From Dimorphilus gyrociliatus (Eukaryota; Animalia; Annelida), in assembly GCA_904063045.1 (NCBI GenBank), contig CAJFCJ010000003.1, positions 2,900,504 to 2,964,503 of the forward strand: DNA of 64,000 bases, written 5' to 3'. A program made the position numbers and the translations under genes. The notes below the pieces were generated by a model that had not been told where the DNA came from, searched no databases, and saw only the letters and a program-made list of their open reading frames with translations. Within the stretch, counting starts at the first letter, position 1; every line of letters begins with the position of its first letter. Of the stretch, positions 27,093 through 39,832 are shown in pieces.

Positions 27093-29539
27093 TTATCGAT
27101 TATTTTGAACACGAATACCGGAAGAAATAGAGGATTTTGCAGTAGTTTTGGATTTAGTTTGAGAAAGCGCAGTGGACGGACGAATAGTCTCACTCTCACT
27201 TCCTCGAGATTCTAATAAAAATCGAACTTTAGGATTTTGAGGTGGGAGAGGCTGCTCCCTTCCAGGAGCAATATCTGGCCTTGACTGCATATGATCTTCT
27301 GCCCACGAATTTATTAGTCTTTTGGGTTGAACATCGCAAAAAGGACAAAGTACGTCATCCCACTTTTCGTCCACTCCGGGTTTTCTACAATCGAAAACAG
27401 TTATCACTCCGGTATACTGAAACATAATGAAATTGTTGAGTAAATCGTTCGTATTTAAAAAATTCGCCAAATAAAACTAAAGAATACAAGTTACTTTTTT
27501 ATTCTTTTTCTTTAAAGCATCCATTGTTCTTTTACTGCCAACGCACTTACATTTATCGAGTTTATAATAAAATCTGCAAAGTTTAATTTTTTTTGGCTTT
27601 TCGGTTTTACTCTCACTTGATTTAAGTGATTGACCACTTATGCTAGCTGATTTTGAACCTAACTGACTTGACTTTCCAGTATTTGACAATCTAGAAGTGG
27701 ACCTAGATTTTGATCTCGCCGCAGATGATAAATAAGATTCTGTGGATGTGGCATCCGAATTTGATTCTTCGTCCTCTTCTTTATTTTTCTTTTCCTTATT
27801 TTCTTCAGTTATGCTCATAACGCTTTTACGACGTTCTTGCATACTGATTTTTCGTTGTTCTTGCCTTGAAGATTTCCTAGATTCAGTTTGCTTGGACTGC
27901 CTCGATTGACATCTCGAAGACACTCTTGGAGGTATCTTATTATCTTGATGATTTTCATTTGAAAGTTTATAATTGGAAATCGATTGTTTAACGCTGTTCT
28001 TACTAGAAAAATAAATAGGTCAAGTTTCACTTTAATTGAAATTGAAAAATTAACTAAAATAAAGAAACACATAAAGTTATAGAACTTTCAATAGCAACCT
28101 CTTTGTTTGCTATATATTTCCATGATAGCAACGACAACGAGTGTTTGCCTATCTGAAGCAAAAATTGATTGTCGTTTGCAAGGCACTTAATATAGCTTAA
28201 AATCATTTCAAAACCTTCATTTCGCAGTAAAGTGAAACATAACCTATTAAGTGAAGATTTGCTTATGACAACTTTTGTCTCTTCCGTAAGACGCTCTGTT
28301 GTTACTTCCTCTGCAGCCTTTAGTGCACTCTTTGGCCTTTTTTTCTCCTTTTCTTTGTCATTCTTATCAGCTCTACCAAATGGATGCATATTAAATTTTA
28401 TTCTCTTAAAAGTAAATGGCACAGGAGGTGCCGATGAGCATCTTTGAGTTAAAGTCTTTGTTTTCGAAGAGCCTGTACTTTCATAGTCTTTAACGCTATT
28501 TTCTCTCGTGTCCTGACGTAGTTTTATTTTAGGATTGGTCGTTGCGGCCAATATTCTAGATCTTTGATGAACTCTAACCATTTGCTTCCATATAGAATTT
28601 CCTCTCCTCCATTTATCTAGTACTCCATATTTAGAATTCTTTTCAATTTTTGGTCTTTCTTCTTGAACTATTTTTTCTTTCTTTTGCATTTTTTCGGCCC
28701 GATTCGGATCTAGTAGCAATTGTAGTTCCTCTTGTTCAGTTAAGGGTTCTGTTAAGTATCTTATTATTCGATAAATATCTACTGAAAGATACATTAGATA
28801 GACTATACGGATTAACCTTATAAACTACTTAATCTTTGTAAATTTAACGTTCAAAAATAAATGAGACGCAAACACTCTATCTACTTAAGAAATAATGAGA
28901 AAAGAAACTTATGTAAATACTTGGCGTAGGTTTCCTTTGTGGATATGAATAGATTGGAGTTGGACTAGGCGCTCGAGATGACAGTTTTGTTGTTGCTGAA
29001 ATCAATTTCCTAGAATGATATGACCTAACCATTTCCGACCATTGATTAGTTGATTTCTTCCATTTAACTTCCACTGGAACCCCTTCAGAAGGTTCTTTTA
29101 TTGGTCGTCTAAAGACGGGTATGTTGTCCTGATCTTCAGGTGATGGAAGAGCTTTCCGAACATAGTCCCAATTTTCGTTCGGATCACCAGGAGGAGGTGA
29201 CAATATGCCATCACGTTCGTTAGTTTGACTGCCTCCTTTCATAGTTAATGAGCCTCCATTTTTACTACTTGATTTACTTTTGGTATCTTTAGATTTATCC
29301 GAATGATAAGTCATAGAATCATTAACGCTGATAGATCCTTCGCCTTTTCTTTTTTTCTTAACACGAACCTTTTGAACATTCGGCTTGCTCCAAGCTTTAA
29401 CTTCTTGTTTCTCCATGGATTTATAGGCCTTTGAAAGTTTAAATCTGATGAGAGAACCAGGAGAAATAACGTGATCAGTTTCTTTTCTCCTATTCGAAGA
29501 AAGATTTGTATTAATTTGGTCTTCTTCTCCACTTAACAT
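27093..29539 (-). CDS. Uncharacterised Ser/Lys/Arg-rich protein (~709 aa) with two copies of a 26-aa motif
   Basis: Four long ORFs joined by phase-compatible GT-AG introns: 29539-28921, 28781-28099, 27998-27495, 27416-27093. The exon 2/3 boundary is tentative. I recognise no family. Confidence 0.7.
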
Positions 29540-30165
29540 ATTTTTTTAAAATATGATTTCAAGAAAAAGAAAAATTTTTTAAAAATTTAATATCATTATG
29601 AAATCTTAGGCCTAAGATCATGATCGGATTACTCTTTGAATATTTGGTTTTAAGACTAAAACGCAAACACAAGGTAGCAAATGACAGAAGAGTCAATGAC
29701 TGTGTTTAAGACACAAATAGACAGTAGAATTTATCTTCTCTTCTTCTTCTCGTATCAATTAAAACTATACGTGATCAATATATAAATCATGAAATTCAAT
29801 ATTCAAGTTTTTTCATAATCAGCTATTCTTTATGATCAATAAAGATAAAAGTTTTACCAATACAAAATGAGATATTTATCATGTTTGAATAAAACAAAAT
29901 GATTAATTTATAGTTTTATATTATATAACAAACAATACTATAATTTAGATTGACTTAACTAGCCTTTGAGACTATTTCCATTAGAACTGAGAAAGAGGAG
30001 GGTATAATCGATAATGGGCTTGAATAGTTAATCAAAAGTAGTCACTTTTATAACAAAAGAGGTCATGAAAGAAGGAACGAAATAGGAACGTTGACATTAA
30101 ACGATAATATATATATAAAAAAAAGTGCTAAACATTTAATAAAAGTCATAAATATGAATAGACAC

Positions 30166-30293
30166 CTGTAATTTCTAGCCTCTGCCATTTTTTTCCGTGC
30201 CTCAGATCCATATTTTTCAATAAGATAAAAGTAATTAACAACATTAGGATCGTAAGATAATTCTTCTTCAATTGCGACCTTCTTGGAGTCCAT
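30166..30293 (-). CDS. Possible first coding exon of a small orphan gene (MDSKKVAIEEELSYDPNVVNYFYLIEKYGSEARKKMAEARNYR)
   Basis: ATG, protein-like composition and a CAG|GTGTCT donor at 30165. The downstream exon is not resolved. Confidence 0.35.
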
Positions 30294-30784
30294 GATCGTC
30301 AAGTGGAATAAAATTAGCAAATCGTTGTCAATATACAGAAAGTATAATAGGTAATATCTACTATATTTTTACTGTACATTTTAAAGCAATTATTAGAAAA
30401 TATAAACCAAGTCGGTTATAATCAAATCCATGAACAATGCCATTGTTAATCTCATTGCACACGGACAGGTCTATAATCCTTTTCTATAGCTCTTTATAAT
30501 ATTTAATCTATTGTTTTATTGTTCTTTCATAGGCTCATGCAAGTGTAAAATTGGCGGTTACAAACAAGCAAAATAGAAAATAGTATGAAGATAAAAGATA
30601 AAAGAAAAATATCTTAAACAAATATCTCCTTAGTAAACATGTCTTATTTATTTATCTATTTATTTTTAAAGTCCTGCTTTAATTAAAATAATTTGTCAGT
30701 TTTTACTTTAAAAAGTAATATTAGACAATTAAAATATACAAATATCTTTTCTTATCTCTTTCTTATTTCTCTTTTTTGATTCTT

Positions 30785-30799
30785 ACCGCCATCTACTGA
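30785..30799 (-). promoter_or_regulatory. CTCF motif TCAGTAGATGGCGGT
   Basis: Near-consensus CTCF core, just downstream of the DDR stop codon. Confidence 0.55.
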
Positions 30800-31144
30800 C
30801 AAGTTAAACTTCACCTACGTAAAGGAAAATTTACTGGTTTATAAGTTTAGTATTCAATTATAATATCAATAAAATTAATTTATTCATACTTTTGTAAGGT
30901 GTACTCGATTTTTTAAATACAAATTAAATGTTATTTATTTATCTCACTTGCCTAATCTAGAAGAAAAATATGGCTTACTATCATAGTCGCTCTATATGAT
31001 ATAATCAATAAATTATATTCGAATATATAAAAGAAATATATAGTATTTACAATTTTTATAGTTTACACATCTAAAAGAAATTTATATGTAAAACGTGTAA
31101 TAGGCTATATATAAAATAATACATCTATAATCGTAGACCATCTG

Positions 31145-34100
31145 TTAGCATGATAATCGATAACCGTCGTGTCTCTTATGCAAAAAGTTATGAATATCGA
31201 TGAAATTAGGCCTGGTTGTGGGAGAAGTTTTCCAACATTCCATCATTAGATCGTAAATTTCTTTGGGGCAACTGGCCGGTTGGTTAGGGTATATTTTTTG
31301 GCTTCTTTCCAAGTAGATTGCTGTTAAATTTTCCATAATTTGCTCATCAGTTAAGTCGTGAAGAGGTAATTGTTTGCAAAGTGTTAAAATTTCCCATAGT
31401 GCTACTGCGAATGACCAAACGTCCGATTTCGATGAGAATACATTCTGGAGCAAAGCAAATGAAACGTTTTTACTTACAGACGAAATGAGTTTGTTTAGAA
31501 AGCTTTATAAATACCAATAAGGCCGTATCCCAAGAAGTCCACCTTATTGCGTAATACTTTCCATTTATTTGTATATAATTCGTTTTAAATTTATATAGAT
31601 ATATTGCATAATCTGATAATTTAACTGTATAATTTGAATCAATTAAACAGTTTCGACATGCAACGTCACCATGAACAATTTGAACAGATTCCAAGTACTC
31701 CAACGATGAAGATAATTGACACGATATATATAGTAATGCTCCATAACTGCAAGGAATATAAGATGTTTTAATATAGCCTATACAGTGGAATTTATAAACC
31801 TAATTGAATTTTTCCCAGGAGTAAACTCATTTTCCTGAAGAAAATCCTGAAGATTTCTGTAGTTGTTGCAATGAGTGAACGTTCCAATAATTCTTTCCCC
31901 TCTTTTTATTAATCCGGTTAATCTTAGTATATTTGAATGATCTAGAGATCGTAACGTAGAAATATCTCTTAGGAGATGTATTCTAATAAAATAGAAGAAT
32001 AAATTAAATAATTTAATTAGTTAATTCAAATTGATGATAAGTTTTAATTCTAGGAAAAAGACCTTTGGTTAATATTCACTTCTTCTCTTAGACATTTAAC
32101 GATTATTTGAAATGGCTCATCAATACTCCTACTACTTAAATCTTCCACGAATATCTGTTTATAACAATGATATTTTAAGTATTTTAATCTTTAGTTAACG
32201 ATTGATTAACCTCAATAGAACGGCACTCGCCGATTTTATCTACTTTAGCCATGAAATTCTCATCTAAAACCTTCAACTGATTGATCACTATATTCTCTCT
32301 TTCAAAGTTATCCACGTCCTCTTCATTAGTCTTATTTTCCTCAGATAAAACGACTGAATGAGGACAAATAACTATGGGTGACGATTCCCCTCTTAAATGA
32401 AGGTCAATATCTGAATAGATGGGAAACTCTTCATCGATATTATCTCTTGCCCATCTCTCTGTCAGCGCTGGATTATCCGATAAAACGTTTGAATTTATAT
32501 GACGATCTTGCTTGTTTCTTTTGACATTCTTACAACGATGACGTTTTGTCAAATATATTGCCAAAAATACTATAAATAATGCCATAAAAGTACTTAACAT
32601 ACAAGCAATAATAACTTTATGATGACTTTTATTCTTAATTTGCCTTAAATTGGTACTGGTGATATTTTTTATTAAAAAGTCATTAGCATCTTCGCATTGA
32701 AATTTTATTTCACTTATTAATATCCATTTTAAACCAAATGATAATTTCATAAGGACGGAATTTCCAACTTGATTATCTAAATTTATTGTTGTGTTGATTA
32801 TACGTGAATTTTGGTCCTGAAGTTTGGTCTTATATATTATAGGCTTAGATAAAAGCTGATGTTTCGAGTTATTTATATAGATTTGAATTTCTTTAAATAG
32901 AGATATTCTCTTATTAGGATTATGATTGGAAGTTATCGTTACAGATGAGAATTTTCTTAAAGAGTCAAACTGGAAGTTTATTTGCAACCAATTAGAATCA
33001 ATCATTCTTTTCCAACCAACCCAGGGATATCCCTTTATCTCTATAAGGTATTAAAAAGAAAGATAGCACAGTTATAATTATTAACTTATTGAGTTATTTA
33101 AGGATAATAGCAAATGATTAATGATTCGATAAACTGGTATAAACTCCTATTATTCTACTTTCTCCGTTTTGTTTTTTTACAATTTCCCAATAGGCGACTG
33201 AATACGAATTGAAAATTTGCTAATACTTTCGGGATTATAATAAGGTCAATGGTAAAAAATAACGGTTCGAAATAAAATTAGCTTTAAAAAACCCTCGCGT
33301 AGTTAGCGAAGTAGATTAGCTCTAACATCGGCGTCTAAATCCCAAGAGAGAACGTTAACTGATTTCTTTCGTGAGCATCTAAAACCTATAGACCTAAGAG
33401 AAACGTCAACATCAATCTATTTGTATTTTTATAAAGAAAAATAACTCAGATAAGAAGAAATATATTCATTTAAGTTATTATAAATAATAGATATCTAATA
33501 ATCTGCAAAGCATAAAAAACAACTTACTAATCCTTTCATTCCAATTCCGAAAGTTTTTTATACCATACTCTCCATCAACCAATTGACCCAGTCCATTTCT
33601 CAGATATACCTTATCTAAAATACCATCATAAGTATAATCTATAAGCTCAATATCACCTCTTTTGTCCCCCCGCCGAATAGAGTAAGAGAGCAATGCATCT
33701 GTAAGAGAAAGTAAGAAAGTGCCGTTGATCTATTTATCAAGAGAAATTAAATCAATCACGGTTAGTCAAGTCGCTTATAATATCCTTATTCAAATTCAAT
33801 TTTTTACCCAAATCCTATTATCTGATATTCTACAAAGAACCTATTCATAACTGATAAAGTTAACGTAACCTTTATCATTCTTACATTTTATTCTAATATA
33901 GATTTCTACATTTACTCCACTTAGTCCAATATTTTAAATTTCCGTTTATCCTTAATTGCCTTTACTGTCATTTTTATTTAAATAAAGATATCTATTTTAT
34001 AGCTTACATAGAAAAACAGTGTCTGACTATACAATATATATACGTAGGCCTACATTTGGTGTTTTTTTTTCTATTTTGCAGTCTTTGCTGTGCCTTATTT

Positions 34101-35273
34101 CTATATATAACAAACCTTTCCAAATGCAACCGTATAATTCCACTCTCATACAAACCACTCTCCTTTCGTTGGAAAATGGTACAAATCGAACGCTACGAGC
34201 AATAATTGGTGGATGAAGAAAATTCTTATTAATTGAATAAACGTCCGAATTTCCTTTCAACAACTGTTGAAAAAAATAATCATCAAAAAACTATTCTACT
34301 TAAAATATTAAATATTTAAAAAATTTTACTATATCAAACAGTAATTATATACTTTGTATATTTTATAATAATATTTACTTTTTGTCCCCTTTCATTTGTA
34401 TAATTCTTCCATGATTCGCTCGATAATCTTCTATATTGGAGGTAGAAACTATTTGTAAACTCTTGTCCCTATTTATTTTATTCAAATGATAATGATATAA
34501 AGACAACTGCATCATTTATAACGAAAAGAATTTTCTTTTCTATACAGTATATATTGTACTTTTCTGTCTGTATTAATTTATACTTACATGACCTTTGTAA
34601 TGTCTACCTTGGGTTGCTGTCGCTGTTATAGCATTCAATTCTGTAAAATCTATTTGAAGCCATTCAAAGCTATCCTTATCAACTTCAATTCTAGGACACC
34701 ATGCTCCTCCTTCCCTCTCAGCATTTAACCTATTTGATAACAAGTATAAATAATAGTATATACGGTATTTATATTTATATATATATAAGAGCTTGTTCCC
34801 TCACAGTACATAGGTGGAAGATAATTAAAAATAATCTTTTTTATCTGTTTTCTTAATTTACCTTGCAAATTGTGGTTTTACTGGTGGAGAATAATAAGAA
34901 CTAGCTTTTATTTGACCATCAGTAATCTTTCCACTTCCCATACCAAGTTCTTCATCACAAGTAGCATTTACTAGCAACAAATATTTGCAAAATTGATTGA
35001 TAATAAATATATTACCTAGTGTTTTTTTCTTTTTTTTAAATATTTTATCGAAAATTTTTATCTAGTTAAAAGTACTATTACTATTATTATTTATTACAAT
35101 AATTATAATAAAACATACTACATTAAAGTAACATACATTCATGCATATTTATTTTATAAAGATATTTATATACCTGTAATCATCATATTTATTGCAAGTA
35201 GTAAAAAACTATATACAATTATCCTCCAGCTAACCTTGGCTGGCGATATTAAAGCAATACTATATGATCTCAT
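31145..35273 (-). CDS. DDR: Discoidin domain receptor tyrosine kinase-like (~798 aa)
   Basis: Eleven in-phase exons: 35273-35174 (signal peptide), 34970-34862, 34729-34588, 34468-34379, 34263-34116, 33698-33528, 33040-32211, 32154-32063, 31982-31800, 31746-31515, 31444-31145. F5/8 motifs (GGAWCP, EWLQIDF, TQGR, CMRVELYGC), DS-like domain (YTYDG, GLGQLVDG, WVGW), a TM segment and a kinase domain (SDVWSFAVALWEIL, CPKEIYDLMMECW). Confidence 0.93.
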
Positions 35274-35660
35274 TTAATAGATCTATTCCTCAGGAAGAAT
35301 GTTCTCTTTTTTATGATTTTTCCGGAAATGGAAAAGACGACTAGTTCCATAGCTCGGTAAAGATTATCTTGAAAATTAGACTCTTCCTATCTTTCCTGAC
35401 CGGGAGTGTCGGTTATAAAAATATAACCGCATAGAAAAAGTCTCTTTATTCTATTCTCTGCAAAAGTCTTCATAGAATTTATAAATAAATTACTTAATTT
35501 TTCAGTAAAATAATACGTTAACGATTTTGCTATCAAATTTCCTACTTCTGAACTCTCTATTAACCAACTATGAAAAAATTATATATATATATATATATAT
35601 AAATTTATATATATATTTATATATATAAGTATATATAGAGAACGTATTCAGATGCCATAT

Positions 35661-35675
35661 AGCGACATCTGTTGC
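35661..35675 (-). promoter_or_regulatory. CTCF-like motif GCAACAGATGTCGCT
   Basis: Core AGATGTCGC, between the DDR 5' end and the tRNA gene. Confidence 0.4.
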
Positions 35676-35955
35676 ATATTACTCGAACTACATCGGATAT
35701 TCAAATATTTAAATAGTATATATTTCTATATTTTTTTATTATTATTAATAAAAAATATTTGATATGATAGAAAAAAATGAAAAACAAGATAAATTTTTTC
35801 TTTTAAAAAACAAACTTATGATATCTTTTGGTTAAAATAGTTCATTAAAACTTTAATAGTATTGCATAGTTGAAATTCCTAATGAAAATCAGGTGTTGAA
35901 TATTGACTAGAAAAAGATATTTAAAGTATTAAGTAGCGGTATAAACTTTATCAAA

Positions 35956-36053
35956 GCCTCCATAGCTCAGTGGTTAGAGCACTGGTCTTGTAATTGTTAA
36001 TGTGGCAAAATAATGTTAACCAGGGGTCGTGAGTTCAATTCTCACTGGGGGCT
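35956..36053 (+). tRNA. tRNA-Thr-TGT: tRNA-Thr (anticodon TGT) with a 25-nt intron at 35993-36017
   Basis: Acceptor stem GCCTCCA/TGGGGGC, D arm TAGCTCAGTGGTTAGAGC, anticodon stem CTGGT/ACCAG with loop CT-TGT-A|A, T arm GTGAG-TTCAATT-CTCAC. The intron is at canonical position 37/38. Confidence 0.93.
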
Positions 36054-36057
36054 CATT

Positions 36058-36064
36058 ATTTTTG
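36058..36064 (+). terminator. Pol III oligo-dT terminator of the tRNA gene
   Basis: T-run about 5 nt after the discriminator base. Confidence 0.7.
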
Positions 36065-36501
36065 TTTTTGGTTGGAATAAATAAAACCTATGTTAAATTA
36101 TTTAGTAAAATAAAACCGTTGTTTGCTACTAATTGATATTTAAACAGTTTAGTCACTTGATTAGATAATGGAATTAATGAATCGTAAATAACTAAAGATA
36201 GGTGTAAGTTGATAAATAATTATGTAAACCATCGTGTAAAACAACCAAACATAAAATGACAATATGTATTTTGTATATATAAGAGTCGAAATTAATAAAC
36301 AACTTGAGAATAATTCCTATCGAGTTGATCAATAAGTAAATCCATGACTAGGGATTAGATTGGATTAATAGGCTATTAAATATCTCATTTTTAGTTTACA
36401 GTTTATTAAGGAGTTCGTCTGAGGTGGTAGATGTGTGGAATATAAGGATTTTTCTTTAAATTACGATGAATTTAACGTGAAAATAAAGCAGAAAATTCCT
36501 G

Positions 36502-39207
36502 ATGGAGGTTTTCTTTTTGAACAAGTACAAAGCTAAAACAACACCAGCCATAGCCACAGGATCACATACTAGTGTTGCATCAACAATAAACAAAGCGAAT
36601 CAAGCCTTGGCAACAGCAGGTTTCAAATCAAAATCTCTAGAATTTAGCGACCTTAAAACAAAATGGGCACCAAAAAATTCTGAAAAGCAACCCTATTTTG
36701 CCCCGAAAAGATACAGCAAATTCTCAAGAGGAAAAGCTAACTCAACGCCTATAAGTAGTTATAGAAAACCGGATTTTACAATTGACGTCTCAAGAATAAC
36801 GCCTGATCAGTTAGTGCAAGAGGTTAGGAAGAAATTGGAATTTGATACGGCAGTATTGAGTGACACTGAAGTAAAAAGCTCGGTAGGCAAGATTTACAAT
36901 TTTCTTGTACTACTGATTATATAACCAACCGTCTATTCAATATTAGGGCGAACATAAAGGAATATTGAAGTCTCCAAGAACTAGTACGCCTGGTCCAGCA
37001 GAAAAGGATGAGGGTAACCAGGTAAAATCTTTCTATTCTCTCATTGTAATATTTAGCTTTTACTATTCGCCCTATTAATTAAACAGGAGCAAGAAAGATT
37101 GCAAAAATTACTAATAAGAGAAAGAGAAGAGTTTGAGAAGAGGAGTACCGATCTTGATAAAAAGAATGCCGAATTGGAGATGCAACTACACGAAGACAGA
37201 AAGAGTCTTGCTAAAGAAAACGAAAAATTATACGAACAGTCTAAGAAACAGATGAAACAAATAAACGAACTTGAAAGGTTACTTAGCGGAAAGCACGATG
37301 TTAGTATGGAGTGTGCTCAAGCTAAGCTTAAAGCTGAGAATATCGAACAGGAGAATATATTACTAAAAAAAGAATTTGACCGTGTTAAATCGGATTTAGA
37401 CAAGCAAGCTTACAGTTTTAGATCAAAGGTTGATGAATTAGAAGAGATAAAAAGGAAACAAATGGATGATATAAGAAACAAGGAAGTTGAATTGAAGATG
37501 ATGTATACTGAGAAGGAAGAAGTATTGAAAGGCGTTGTTCAATTACAAGGTAATAATATTTTTTAAGAGATTAATATAGTTTCTTAAATATAAAATATTA
37601 TCAGAAAAACTAAAAGACAAGGATTCCGATATTAGACGTTTAATGAGTGAGTTAGAGAGGACAAAGAAGGAGGATGGTTCAAAGGTCAATCATATAGGTC
37701 AATTGAAGGAAGAAATTGAAAGAAATTGTGTCCAAAAGGAATCTTATTCTAGAGATTTATATCAGTTAACTATGGAAAATCAACATATGAAAACAAGAAT
37801 AGAATCATTAGAGAATGATTTAATCGAAGAAAAGAATAAAGTCGACAATCTTAAAATGGAAGTTGAGAGGTTGAGAGAAAGAGAAAAATATATAGAGGAA
37901 TCTCTTGATATTATTATTGGACTCTTTATTGAACGAGAATTTACAAGGCCAACTGAGTCAATGATGTTAAATTCTGGCAGAGAGTCAGGAAGATTACAAA
38001 TTCAGAGTCGCTCCTCTTGCCAGATAGCTTCAAGGTTACGTCAAATTGAATCTTTAACAAGAGATCTAATGAAAACCAACAAGTATCTTGAAGAGGAAAT
38101 AGACAAAAAGGATTCAAATTTTAAAACTGAAGTAGTTAAGTACGAAAATGAAAAACATGAATTTCAGAGGCGACTAGAATTTGAAAAGAAGAACTTAGAA
38201 GTAGATTTTAAAGACTGTCTTTTGAGAAAAGAAGAAGAGATGAGAGAAGAATTTAATAGGCGTCTTCAAGAGGCTTTAATCGAGAAGGAAAGAGATACAA
38301 ACCTTAATCCTCAACACTCTCAAATACCCATACAGCTTTTGGGATATGTTAGAGAAATGGAGAATTGTTGGATCAGACTCAGAGGAGAAATTGAAAAATT
38401 TAAGAATGAAGACAATATGTTATTTTCGCATCGTAACGATAATAATAAATCAGAAACACCAACAATGAATGAGTTTTGTAAATTATCCATCAATCCTAAC
38501 GACAGTCCAAGATTTAAGTAAGTAGCTTTATTAATAGTTATTAATATTTTTTGGCGTTCATCTTATTATCAGAATTTCCTATAGGGAAAATGAAAATTGT
38601 CATATATCTACTCAAACTTCGCGAAGAAGAGATAGTCCTATTTATGACAATCATTCTTTTAAATCATCTGAAGAATCAATACAATCAATAAAACATTTAG
38701 AAAATAAAAATTCAAAGAAGAATAAGAAGATTGAAATTGTAGAAAAGAGAAAAAAGAAAAAGGAGAAATCTTATAAGGAATCAATCACTGAGAAGAAAGA
38801 TTATCCAAAAATTTGGCAAAATGATTGGATTAACATGAAAAATTACAATAAACGTAATAAACACAATCAATCTATGAATTTTATTCAATCACACGCATAT
38901 CATAAAATTCCTAATAAATCAAATTTTAAAGCCTGCTCAAAATGTAATGGAAGCGGTATGGGAAGAAGAGACAATTTTGAATTCGGAGAAAATCATACCT
39001 ACAAGTGGATAAGTACATTAGAAACTCCATCTGAATCTGTTTACAGTTGTACTACAACAACATCAACAACAGTTGAAAATTATTTACCGTTAGTAGTACA
39101 ATATTTACTTTTCTAAATAATTAATTCTTTTTCTTTAATGAACTCGTAACAGGAAAGGCAAGACATTTAAGAATTCAAATAGAATAAGATGTACCTGCAG
39201 AGTATAA
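36502..39207 (+). CDS. Long coiled-coil protein (~796 aa), family not recognised
   Basis: In-phase GT-AG exons 36502-36882, 36947-37021, 37087-37549, 37605-38517, 38585-39088, 39153-39207. E/K/L heptad-rich centre. The start codon is tentative. Confidence 0.75.
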
Positions 39208-39832
39208 AATAAGATAGAGAGATGATTACATAATACCCTAAAGGAATTGTAGAACATAGCGCAATTATTTAACTTTTATTGAAGTAAGAAATAGATTTCT
39301 ATATCTTTTTTTTGGGTGGAAAATAGATTTATATTATATTATTTATTCGTGTATTTTCTTTTTGGTCCTTTTCTACTGATTTGAAAGGAATTCCTACGTC
39401 GTGTTTTCTATTTCTTTTTCTTTTTTACATGCTAATCTTGAAGAATGAGCAATAGAATGAAATTATTAAATAATAGGTACTGTGCTACCATCTACACTGT
39501 AAGGAAGGAATCGATTTTATGAATAAAAAGTTATATAAAATCATTGATCTTCAATTAACGTATAATAAAATCTTGTATAATAAAAGAAGGAGAAAACGGA
39601 TTTGAATTAATTATGAATTAGTATTTTACAGCGACCGATTAAATATAAAAAACTAAAAGTTCAATACAATTTATATATATATTTATATATATATATTTAT
39701 ATTAATACGTTATAAAGCCGTCAATATTTTATGTAAACAAAACCCTTTCGAATGAAAGCGCATTAACTGGTTGACGACGCTAGGAAGAAGAGCAAGAAAA
39801 CTAAAAGAGAGGAGTGAATATCTGCATATAGA

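Noticed and set aside
28110-28148. Possible 39-nt GC-AG intron in the Ser/Lys-rich gene
   Set aside because: In frame with no stop, and shorter than any other intron modelled here (minimum about 50 nt), so it is not needed.
37898-37947. Second possible GA-AG intron in the coiled-coil gene
   Set aside because: Removal would shift the frame, and the ORF reads through without it.
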